From positions 25,409,520 through 25,473,519 of the forward strand of contig OZ316893.1 in the NCBI GenBank assembly GCA_973895155.1: a DNA stretch of 64,000 bases, read 5' to 3'. The notes under the pieces were generated by a model, which searched no databases, was not told the DNA's origin, and saw only the letters and a list, made by a program, of their open reading frames with translations. Positions 13,201-25,368 of the stretch are shown piece by piece; the stretch's first letter is position 1, and each line of letters begins with the position of its first letter. A program made the position numbers and the translations under genes. This DNA comes from Marsupella aquatica. Lineage: Eukaryota; Plantae; Marchantiophyta.

Positions 13201-16200
13201 TTGTTCCACACCTTTCCTCTGCGGGTTTGTAAGATGAGAGAAAACACAATTTTTGCTAGGGTTTAGGGCCTTCCTAGTGAGGCAAATCCAATAGCTAGCG
13301 AGTTACAATTGGAATTTACGGAGTTACGTGTGGGCCCCAGAGACTCAGCGAGGTAGTTGGCTACCCTCTGGCTTTTGATTTCTAGAGCATTCGTAGGACT
13401 CCAGATGATTAGTGCTCCCACTGGCCAAAAAAGGGTACCCAAATTGGGGTTTCTGAGAAATCTTAACAAAAATGAAATCATGTGGAACCAAGTTATGCTC
13501 TCGAGGGACTAAATTTACTAGCGAAGTGTTAGATATTTAGCATTTTCCTAATATGAGAAGAATGTATGGTACTGATGCCCCCCTTCACCCTTTGGACAGT
13601 ACAGAGTACATAATTATGCATTTGTACTCCCTACTATACATTACATCCGCTAATTCAGGTAGGCCAGCTACAAGTAGCCTATTTGGATTTTTTCCCCTTA
13701 AGACAGGAATTCGAAAATGATTGCTCAGCTCCTGAGATGTGTTTCAGCAGTTGAACTAGTTCTCTTTTTTCCTTTTTTGTCTCGAACACAATTCTTATTA
13801 AACAATAACAGGGGTCTCAAAGTGGGTCGGGCCAAAGATCAACTTGTTCTCTGCAGGGAGAGTGCCTGGTCTGAATTAAGGGTGACCATCTTGCATCCAC
13901 TTTTATGGGGCTACTTTGCCTCTAGTTCCCTACAGTACTTGAGCCCATTTAGAGGTGGGATACTGGGCTTTCCAGGAAATTTGTCCCTTTCGATATTGTT
14001 ACTCTACTAACAGCAAGATGTGTTTTCAAGTTTTCGATGAAGACACCACAGTGAAACACATCCTTTCCTGCAGTGGGTGGGTATCGGGCGTGCCAGAGTT
14101 AGCATGTCCCTTGAGAAGAGGGCAGTAGGGATCATTGGCACATTGTAATACTGTGCTGATTGCACTTGACTCATGGTGAGATCATCTGGTGAAGCACAAC
14201 CGATCAAGCAACATGGTCTGGATTTGAGCATGCTCGAAGTTTGTGGGGGACATTTGAGGAGGACAGAATCTGAGAAGATTGTCTGGATTACACTATAGCT
14301 TCTATATAATTGCTTTTCAGGTGTTCGTTTGTTTCATTGAATCATTTTCATTGTTATTAATTTCCTGCTCAAGTGAACAGCATCCTGATCCAGCATTGCT
14401 CCAAGCACTACCTCACTTATCATCCCTCCATTTCCCGCCAATGAAACGTAGGAATTATTTTTTGCAGATTTCTCATAAAATATCAACTCAATTTTTTCTA
14501 GCTAGTCAAATATCTCATCGAGAAGTATGTTTTGAGTCATAGATTGACCCCTACGATGAACAGATGAGATGACCAAGAGGGCCAAAAAATCAAAAATACC
14601 CCAGAACAGTCCATATATATGATTGAATGTAGAGTATGGACAATGAGAGGTGCAGGTAGCCGTAGTTGAAATTCAGGCAGCTGTGATTTTAACCACCACT
14701 CTCCACCAGGTTAGGGGGGAACAAAATAGGGCTTTTTTTTTACCTGTTTTGAGCCCATTTTTTAAATTTATTGTAGTAACCTAGATCCACCAGGTTTTGC
14801 GTTTGGGGACAGTGGCGCTTTAAGGGAAACCTCAAACCATCCATGCAATTGGCTTGAGGAGAAAACCTAATGTTTGAATTTTGTTTATTAGTTCCTACCA
14901 ACTTCAAAGCACCTCAGGGACATACAGCATTGATTGAACCGAGACTGGTTGGCACAAAATCAGGTGTGTTATTCAGTGAGACAAAGCCTAGTCTACTGGA
15001 CAGTTGGAGATGAGTTGGATAGAATGTGTTTTCACAGGTTCTAAATGAATGCGTGCAATCATTATGATAAGTCCACAAAATCTGCCTGGTTTTCTAAGGA
15101 TCCTATTCAGTTTTCCTCGAAAATAAGTATATCTTAGTCCTTGTTTGGAACCTAGATTGGAAGGCACTTTGTTGTTGCATGCAAACCTTTTTTCAATCCA
15201 GCTTCTTAGGGACACTGAAGCTGAAATGAAGTGACATGACGTGAAGTGAGGTAAAGCAGGTCTTGTGTGTGATCTTATCATTGTGAAGGAAGCTGGAGAG
15301 CATGCATAAAATTTTGTGAAAAAAGGTTTATATATATATATATAAGAATGATGTAGAAGAGATTGATTGAAAAACTACAAGGACTGAATGAAAGCAATAT
15401 CATATCATAACAAATGAATGAATATAAGCAAAGAAGGCATTGACTCTTGCAATAATTCTTTTTGGTCAATAAAACTTGATTGAAGTACAAGAACCAGATT
15501 GAGAAAAGTAATTATCAAGTACAATAGTTTATCATGTAGTGTAGATGTACCGAGTTTGGAAAACCTTAAAGTGAAAAGTAACATGATGGATAGTTTTTAA
15601 TTTTCTTTAATTTTTTATGACGGATAGTGTTAATTGAGTGTATAAACGAGAGAATCATACCTGGCTACAGGTACGTTTATCATTTAATTTTATGAATTTA
15701 GTGTGTGTGTACTTCCTTTGTGTAACAACGTGACAATGTGCCCAATTGCACACTTCCCACATATGGATACTTATATTGGTTTGCAGGAAAGTTACTCATA
15801 TATTTTCCATTATCGAGGAGAAAATATGGGCATTGTTTTTGGGGGACTATGGTAGGTGGCCCCAGCAGTGCCTCCTCCATTGCTGTACATGATGGAGTAC
15901 CCCTGGTTGGACATAGGAGAGTTTTATCAAACTCTACTCAATTGAAGTACACTGATGCCCTCTTAACACTATCTTCAGAAAAGCTATGGGTGGGACACAC
16001 TTTGACAGAGCAGTATACAAACGCCCTCTTAACATTTTGAAAATTAAAAACCCTCAGGACCGAAACCACTGTTACAAAACACTCAGGTGGGCAAATGGGA
16101 GGTATGCTTAGGGTTTAGTGAGAGGGGCATCAGACACATCCAGTGTGCACCATTTAGTTTTCCAAGATTAGAGAAGTAGCATTGGACTTAGTGACCAGGG

Positions 16201-17772
16201 TCTAAAAGGAGCAACTAAGGTGACAAACTTAGTCCACAAAACCTCATTTTTGGCCCTTTGTGTTTACTAATGCCCTGTGGGCTATAATGCCCTTGTAACA
16301 GGGCCTTAATACACTTGAAGGCCTAGGAAGAGATTTCTATTTCTATTATTTTTTGTAACAGCACTGGTGAAGTTTCATAATGCCCCTTTCCAAATCTGGA
16401 CTGTGCATTCTTCCCTATCAAGCACCAAAAATTGCAAAGACAAAAATCAGCAGTCTTCTCCATAAAGCACAGAGAAAAATCACGAAAAGAGCATAGCTAA
16501 TCACCAGTCCAAATCTTGGGGAACAGTTTGTCAACAATTGGCCAATAAAAACAGCACTGCATGGAAGGGTTATCCCCAGGCTCCATTAATACTGCAAGTC
16601 TCGATGTTGTCAAATGTTCTGACTAGTCGCAAGCATCCCAAAATTCCTGACAAAGCTTAGTGCATAGGATCGTAACCAGTCCAACGTTTATGGCTCTTCG
16701 TATCGAAGGACTTTACTGCCCACCATCCTCATCAGAGCTAAGTCATGATTAATGTACGTTACTTCTTGGGTTCAGTCTGTAGGTATCCGAGAGCCCACGT
16801 CACAGGATTCACAGGAATCGGGAGCCAATTGGATCCAACAAATTTTATCGTGGCGATCATGTCAAGTTCTGCAATATCAAGGAGAGACTGTAGCCACAGT
16901 TTCATGAAAAGAAAGAAGATGGCTGGTTGGTCCATCAAGATATATCGATGAAGTTTGGGGAGATTGTCTGATGATTACATGACGAGAAGGTCCAAAGTCC
17001 AAAAGCCTTGGGCAAAGAGGACGACCAGGACGATTGCATCACAAACTGACGTCAGACAGGACAGTAGCAGTAGTTTACGAAGTCTCAAATTAATCTGAAT
17101 GCGTAGAATCGCAACCAGACTCAAGAGATCGTTTTGAACTTGATTTTGGAGAAGACGTTCCTCATCAGATAACATTCAGAATGGTACTAAAATGAAGACA
17201 ACTTTATCTTCGTTCAGAAACTATAATGCTGAGCAAGCTTGGAGTGTGGAGTTTGCCCGTAATGTAAAGTTAATCATGTCTTCTGAGAGTGCCAACTCGC
17301 ATTGTTAAGACTGACGCAGAATCGTCTTTAGACTGTACCATATTGACAAGGTCTACACTATAGACTGTGGAAGGATTCAGAGACCAGGAGTTCACTTTGA
17401 CCAATGTTGTTGAAGTGGGAGGGGTACAATTTGACTGATTTCTTAGTGATGGCAAATCTCATCCAATGTCTGTACGACGAAGTGCGCCCAGAGGACTGTG
17501 AAATCTACTCTGTCAATGGAAGAGTCGCTCATGGAACTAAAGCGACACACGCAGTGGAATTAGGTGACAACCTTTCCCATCAAAATAATTAGATAAAATA
17601 GGTGACATAAGTCAATTGACCCATCATGACTAGTTTGACGCAACAAGATAATTTCAATTAGAGTTCTTGAAGGCTCCCAGTTTTCCCAAGAAAACAAAAC
17701 TACGTCAATTGGGACACATGTTTGAACAGTAGAAGCGTTTAATCTTCAGACTTTTACAGCGAAAGCAAGATA

Positions 17773-17922
17773 GAGAAATATGAAGGTTTTCTGGCCCCAA
17801 TGTTTTTTTTAAGTTGGACGTGTCTGCTCTCGCAGACACGTCAAATAGATCTGTATGTTGATCTATTTGACTATTAATTATCTAACGATTGGGGGCAGTC
17901 TGTTGGGGGTATCAAGCTACTC
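17773..17922. mobile_element. Small Mutator-like MITE with an internal double hairpin
   Basis: Flanked by AAGCAAGATA / AAACAAGAGA (8/10). Inner inverted repeat CTGGCCCCAAT / ATTGGGGGCAG. Two perfect stems at 17817-17842 and 17840-17871. Confidence 0.45.
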
Positions 17923-19929
17923 AAACAAGAGATGGTGAGTACTCTTTTCACTCAGTGACTGCTGTTTCGGGAGCTGCATCCAGATTGGTGCTATATCCTA
18001 TTCTTTTGAGTTTACGTTACTCCTTGACAGATTTTTAAAAAATATCAACTTGAGGAGCCAGACGACGAGTAGCTAAGCACTATACATTTAACAATTCCAT
18101 TCACCTTCTAGCGTAATGTCAACAATTGAGAGTAAAGTCGAAAACCCTTGGACAATGTAGTGAGTACCTTACTCTTGTTAAAGAGATGTGTCATAACCCA
18201 AGTGCATTTTTTGGAAAGAATTCTAAAATGCCATTGGGAGAACTTTGGACTCTCCTTCTAGACTACTTCTTAAGCTGGACTATCAGTATATTACCAGAAA
18301 ACGAGAGAAAAGAGTTGGGGTTGGAGGTGAATAATTCAGGGCCAGAATTTTCAAGCAGTTAGTTAAGACTCGGGGAAGAACCACTCATAACTCGAGCATT
18401 GTTCTCGATAACAAGGACCCGATGAATTTAAGACGAATTTGAGGGTAAGGGCCGAATGTATATCTGTAAGGAGTCTCTGGAGCAGAATGATGCAGATTAT
18501 AAGTGACTCTAAATTCTCACGCGACATTGATATCTTATTTATTAATGCTTTGTGACATGATTCCAACCAGTTTCAATTCAGCACCAATTTTGGTCGACAT
18601 GGATTGGCTTCCAATCGAAGTGTTGCCTGCTGCTCAAAATTAATCTACTATCCACAAACTTGAGTCGAAAGCAGATTGAAAAAGTTACAAAAGAAAGGCA
18701 GAGCCGATCATTTTATCAAACAAGGAAAACAGTGAAGTCCTGATTGGAATTTGGAACAGAAAACTAAACTTCCCTACTGCTTTGTGCAATTCAGCACACG
18801 GCAGGGAAGATGAAACGAGGTTTTTCAATGTGCAGAATTGTAAACCGACCTTTACTCCTCTCCAATGCCGACAATAAATTCCTATGAATCACAACCAGAC
18901 ATTGGGTTTGACACCGGAGTTTTCAGCACAACTGTCAGACAGATGGGATGACATTTTATCTTCTGTACGAAATTGAGACTGGTTACCTGGCGAAACATGA
19001 CGAAAGACATGGCACAGACTTAAGTGATAATCACGTTGGCCCTTGAATAGTAGACGATAAGAGTTTTGCAAGATTCAAGTTCCCTGTTGAGGTTTGTGGT
19101 GGAGACTGCATACTATTCCATGCAAGGTCTATTCGTGAGGCACATCCTCATCATCCATGAGAAGTTTGGACATGACGACTGTGCTTAGCTCGCTTACAAT
19201 AGAATTTAGATGATTTCCGCAGGACATACATAGTTATTTATTGATCTGCAAAAGATTGGAATCGCATCCTTCCATGGACTGATTCTAATCACCATCAGCA
19301 AACTCAATCAGCGAGAACTGGTGAGACTGGGGACCTCCACTACAAACCGCGGTTAGTAACATGCTGTGTAAAAATAATTAATTGGAACTGCACTCACACG
19401 TTTTGTGAACACAATCAATCCTCACAAGCACCAAATAAGCTTAAATCAGTTGGTTTGAAATAGGTGAAGGGACGACAGGCAACTTTTAGACTTCAAGAAC
19501 GGCCTGCCTTAGAGTGAGCACTGCAATTGAGTGTAGCTTGAATTCCTGGTGTTTCAGCAACAGTATCGAGATTAACCAGAATAGATGCTTCTCAAACTTC
19601 AATGCGCCACACTAACGAAACAAGAAGAAGTATGAAGAGTGAGAATAGCTGGTTTGGGAGAGCAATCCTAAAATGTAAAATGGGCTGTCTTGTTTAGGCC
19701 TTGAGTTGGGTTCCACCTACTGTACATGAAGAACATAGACTGTGCTGCATCCACGCCGCGGGTGCACAGCAATCAATTGGACGCCGCTTGACATGCCCAA
19801 GGACCATCTTTCCCAAGAGTGCACACTAATTTCGATCGAAATGAAAGTGTTCATTAATATAAAAGAGGGAGGCAGTTTGTGCGATTGTAGTCAAGATGGT
19901 TTGATCCTGAACTTTAGAGCATACGGAAC

Positions 19930-20400
19930 TACAGCAGGTGAAAATTTCATCGAGATGTTTTCATCTTCAGACTCAGGAGTAAATGGAAACATTACTTAAT
20001 TACTGTTGAAAGGAAGGCAGAAGGGGAAGATTTAATTGACATGCTCTCATCTCGGACTTCGGAGCAAATGGAGTTCGGTAAACGGAAGAAATACGGAAAG
20101 CAGCAGGCGGACAATAAATCAACATGTTCTCGAATCAGACGTCGCACTAATTTGAAGAAATGCTTGGGGCGTGAAGAGTTGAGTCAAGATGTTCTGTTCT
20201 CCACTTCGGGGTGAATGGAAGTAATACTTGACGTTGAGGGAAAAAAGGAGCATGTGAAGATTCAAGCGAGACGGACGTCGTAGTAAATGCCAGAAATACT
20301 TGACGTTGAGAGAAAACGAGCAGGTGAAAACTTAATCAAGACGGGACTTCGTAGTAGGCGGAAGTGACGCTTAAATACTTGGAACATGTTGGGAGGGAAA
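19930..20400. repeat. Highly diverged tandem repeat, unit about 70-90 bp, 5-6 copies
   Basis: Recurrent AGGTGAAAATTTCATCGAGATGTT...GACT(C/T)...GGAGTAAATGGAA-like units. AATACTTGACGTTGAG occurs twice exactly. Confidence 0.55.
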
Positions 20401-22132
20401 GCAAAATAATTAACACTGTTGAGGAAAGCAAGCTTAGTGTTCTCATCTTATTACTCTCCCGTGTACAGTATACAGGGAATCCAGTACCGACTGTTCCAAC
20501 ATATACCACTCACCCAACACCTGGAATATCTGCAGGCTAAGTTGTCCCATCGATCCTGCCATGAAGTGTAGCAAAACGCACATGGCCGCGGCAGGCGAGC
20601 GGCAACGACCTGCTCTGTCAGACGCAAGACGGCAAAATTCTCACAAAAGTGACAGGACGGCACCAACTCCTGATGTTTGGTGAAAATCTAAATCGGCCGA
20701 AGTGACAGGTATGAGCGCCTATCGGTTTCAACAGTCCCCATCAGGGACTGTGGTGCGAAACTGCAGCTGGAGTAACTAATTAGAAAAGAATCTGAAGGGG
20801 ACAGATAGGACACGTCAGAGCGAGTCCTGCAACCATCCCCGGGGCTGATTTTACTTCTACAACAGAAACTGCATAACGCTCAGCTGGCAACATAAAGAAT
20901 CAGAATGAAGAAAAGTTTCACTTCGAGAATAAATCGTTGGGAGCCTAAAGTGACATCCAGACACCGCTCTGGAATACCCATTAAACAACGGATGGCCACA
21001 GCTATCTGAAGCTGTGTACAATAATCCGGGAGAAAAGAATTGAAATAATAATCCATCCGAGACAAATGATTAACTTTACCCACACATTCTGGAGTGCAGG
21101 ACAGGTTGAAATCATGGCAGCGGCATCTTTGAGGCCCACAGGTAGGCACACATGCGATTTCATAGATAGGATTTTACAAAGCCGAAGCCGAAGTGATTGA
21201 TTCCAGGGCCCAAGTCACTAGGGTGAGAAAATAACTAGACCAAAGCTTCCCATTCACGGGCTAGGCGAACAACAACCACTCTGCATTGAGAAACAAACTT
21301 CGCCTACCAAAAATGCTCGGATTGGATTCGATTGGAGTGGAAGTGCATGCGAAGTACTAGACTCGCATCTACAATGCCAAAACTTGTGAGGAGGGCCACA
21401 CAGCAGCCTCACACTTAATAGAGTATCTCAAGAGAGGAAGCCACATAGCTGCAAGGGGTAGCATCTCAAGCCAAAGATTACACACGGGGATGAGGCTGAG
21501 ACAGATGGAATCGGCCTAGCTCGAACTACCCCCAAACGAGGCAGGCGTCGACACTGACATGAGTGTACGTTCCTCCAAGGAGTTCCTCCGCCATCGCACA
21601 GGGTCCAACTGTATATGTTGGTAATCACGTCCCTTATTTGCAATAGTAGGAAAATAATCAGCTCTGAAAATCACTAGTAATTAAATTGTGAGAAGTTCAC
21701 TCTACACGGCCTCTTAGGCACACTATGATATGATACACATGTTGAACTCCAATGATAATATCTTCTTGCAGACCTTCACAACAACCTCTCATTTCAGTGT
21801 GACATCGAAACACCTGTACGCGGCCGAATCCATTCCACTCCCTCCACTGGCCAGGCTGCCCTGGACTTCCAACACCCTTAATGGCGTGCAGTCACAATTG
21901 ATCATTTACTGCAGGGCGGTCGGTCGGTCGGTTGCCGATCATCGGGAAGCTTGCACTCAGCCAAGTCTCTTGAGCGTAAGCCACGATATGGGTACCAGAA
22001 AATGTAGAAAACAAGGGGCAAATACGAAGGCACGAACGATATCGTACATGTGATCAGAGCAGAAGCCGGAAGTAATGTAAAAAGGTCTGGTCCGACCGCC
22101 GGTTGATTTGTATTGACGGCTTCTTGGTAGAG

Positions 22133-25100
22133 CTAGAAGAAGTCGAAATCCATGTAAGAACTTCCAGACTGTGAAGAGGAGTGCGGCCCGTCTGATGTAT
22201 TGTTCTCCACCGCAACAACAGCAAGAGCTTTCTTCTCAGCAGGTGCTGTGGTTTGAGATTCACCCTTCGATGGAGTTTTAGGCGGTTGTCCTTCTTTGGA
22301 ATGATCCCTCCTCGAATGCGTTACCTCCAGCTCGAAGGGCTTGGGAATGTCAGGAGGAGTAGTACAACGAATGAGAGCCCAATTCACTCCTTCGAAAAAT
22401 GGATGCTGCTTGATTTCACCAGCTCCCCGCTTATACGCCAGCCTATGCATGGGTTCTTTCACTAAAAGACCTCTAATCAAGTCCCTCGCCGCGAAGCTCA
22501 CCCCGGATGTCTCAGGAAATTTCAACGGTTGCCCAACTACGTTGAAAAGAGTTGCCCGGTTACCTGTTCCTTTGAAAGGAGTCTTCCCATGCAGAAGCTC
22601 GTAAAGGAAAATTCCAAATGTCCACCAATCAACGGCACTGCCATGACCCTCGCCCTTGATGATTTCGGGGGCAAGGTATTCGTGAGTACCAACGAAGGAC
22701 ATAGACCGGGCAGACGTCGGTTCAGCTATCAGCTCTGGGAGGGGAGTTACTTGGTGGTGGACGTCGGACTTAATCCGAGAGATTCTAGGTTTTTCAGATT
22801 TCACTTTCCTGGTTCTAGACAGGATCATTTTAGGAATGAAGCAAGAGGGTTGTACACAAGCAGGCTGAATGCAGGCAGGAGTAACACAAGATGGCTCCAC
22901 ACAGGTTGGCGAAATGCAGTAGGCCGGAATACGGCTGCGTGGATCTGAATCACTCCACTGGCCCTTGACTAGCGTTGGGCTTACCACGCATCGCAGTGAG
23001 AGATCAAAATCCGAGAGCATAATATGCCCGTCTTCTCGAACTAGAACGTTCTCCGGTTTCAAGTCCCTGTACACTACCCCCATCATGTGAAGATACTCCA
23101 ATGCCATCAGCACCTCCGATGCATAAAATCTGCACAACCATGAGCAGAATTACGCAACACCGTCAGCAAGCGAGCCCCAATCAGGACATGCCCCTGGCTG
23201 CAGCAAGGATCAAAACGCGGCAACAAATAACAACAAACTAGAATTCACTAAAGAAGAATGCAATCAATTCAGGCTACCACGACTCGGCCACTAGCCTTTC
23301 AACAGCAACAGTGACATAAAGAATGGTAGATTAGGTCCTCTGCTACATTTCGTGGAATGAGGGGACATAGCAGCAAACATACCACGAAACCTAGGTTCAT
23401 TACCATGAAATGGGAAACTAAGAATGCAAAATCACGTCAACACTTGCCATGACAATCATCGACTCTACGCTGCCTGAAGCTGTTGAGACTTCAGAAAACT
23501 ACTCGTTGGACAAATCGAACAAGTCCACATTAAAAGTAATTGATACCTCGGATCCACTGCCAAATTGCCTATACGCTTTGCCATGGTGTAGAAAATTTGC
23601 GTTGGAAACAGGGAAGCAAATTTGAGTTAAAAGGATGCAGACCAAACTGATGCTTTTCCTAGTAGAAGACGGGGACGCTGCACCTAACGCTACCGACTCC
23701 TGCCCTTAGAAGAAACCGCGTGCCGTAGCGGGCTCACAGTCACTAGAACAGATTTATAGCTTCCCTACATTGAAAGAAGTCCACTTCCTCCACGCAGGAG
23801 GGACGACTCCATCACCAAGGCCCCGGAGGGATCCAGAAGTACGAGCAACTCGTAACAAGCATTGATCACTGCCCTGCTCTGTCCATTTTATCCGCAGCCC
23901 CACAGGGTGGTGTCTGTGAAGGACAATCCTTCGCAAGACCTAAGGAATCGGCGCTCAAAAGGACTCTGGATACTCATTACCACGGTGACAACTGACTTAA
24001 CTGTTCAGCTTACTACACACATCTGCAGGATCATCCAGCCCTTATTTGGCTATCTAATTGCACCCAACAGCCTGTCACCGGGATAATACTGGCAGTCACA
24101 AAATAGAAGGACATCGATTATCGGCGTTCTTAGCCGACTACGATACAAGTTGAGAAATTTAATCTCTACCGAGAAAAATTGGAGCTAGTCACAACACTAA
24201 ATCTAGAGCCTAAGATACTCCTCTTCGTAGCATGCCAGGGTAAGGTGTAGAGGATAGTGGATGAGGTCATTCCCGTTCCTGACCTGTCGGTAGAATCCAC
24301 GACGTGCCAGAGGTACATTGAAGCCTCCAGGACGAGCACAACATCGGATCCGTTGTTGAAAACCCACAGGTCCATGTTGTCCAATAACTGAGAGGCTGAA
24401 CTACAACAGAGGAAACCAAGGACCGAGGAAGCCTATACTAAAGAATGGACGTACGCGCTCAGAACTAATGACATAACCACAAAGTTGCTGGCAATCCTAT
24501 TTCTGACGAAGAAAAACGAGAAGTCTACCGAACAACCTGACATCGGAGAAGACAACCAAGGCAAAAGCTTCGAGGTGAGAATGCCAGCAACATACCGTGC
24601 AGCAGACTCCGTGAAATGCTTGCCGGGTTGCCTTTGTCGAAGCGTATGTAGATCACCTCCAGTGCAGAACTCCATGACGAGACATGAAAATTTCTCCGTC
24701 TCGAAATGCGTGTACAAGGTGGGGAGAAAAGGATGATCTAACAATGCCAGTATCTCCCTCTCCGTTTGGGCTCTCAGAAGCTTCTTACGACTAGCGAGAG
24801 AGCCCTTGTCCATCACCTTCATGGCAAAATAGCAGTTACAACCTCTGAGCTCAGCCAAATACACGCTGCCAATGTCCCCGCACCCAAGACGTTTCAAGAG
24901 CTTGAAGTGGTTCAACCCCAGCTGGCCATCTCGGGCCTTCACAGCCTGTATGGCCTCCCATCTCCTGTCATTAGACTTGTGTGGCTTGTTATTCCCACTG
25001 TTAAAACTCACACTGCTGGTGAAGCTCTCGTTGCTGTCACTCACACAGCTACTCGTGCTAGCCCGACTGACGCTGCTGGTTTTCACACTCTCGCATGACT

Positions 25101-25368
25101 CGAGCCTACCACTGCTTTTCGCACCCAAGCTCACCTTCGTCCCCTCCATGGTTCCATCGCTCATTTTTCCACTAAGACTAGTCTTCGCGCTGTTCAAGCC
25201 CGTGATGCTGCTGAGACTGCTCTTGGTCGTCACATCAATGCTACCGTTCGAGCTCGTCGTGTCACTTGAGGGGGCCGACTGATGATCCCAACTAAGTTTG
25301 CGCCCAATCTCCACACTGGCCATATCCTCGTGGTTTCTAAACGCTTCGATGATGGGGGAAGTAGTCAT
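22133..25368 (-). CDS. D6PK: D6 PROTEIN KINASE-like AGCVIII (AGC1 clade) Ser/Thr kinase, about 589 aa; coding exons 25368-24596 and 23129-22133
   Basis: Motifs [46 protein letters not shown] (replacing DFG), an insertion with CxxP repeats and a basic patch, [18 protein letters not shown] and C-terminal FDFF. The intron CG|GTATGT...TGCAG|A restores AAR-FYA in frame (1770 nt). The start may instead be the ATG at 25323. Confidence 0.95.

Noticed and set aside
15950-16133. CACTG-start (EnSpm-like) small element
   Set aside because: An inverted CTGATGCCC / GGGCATCAG is present, but the right terminus and TSD do not match.
22253-25282. Several plus-strand ORFs of 70-139 aa
   Set aside because: They are antisense shadows of the kinase exons.
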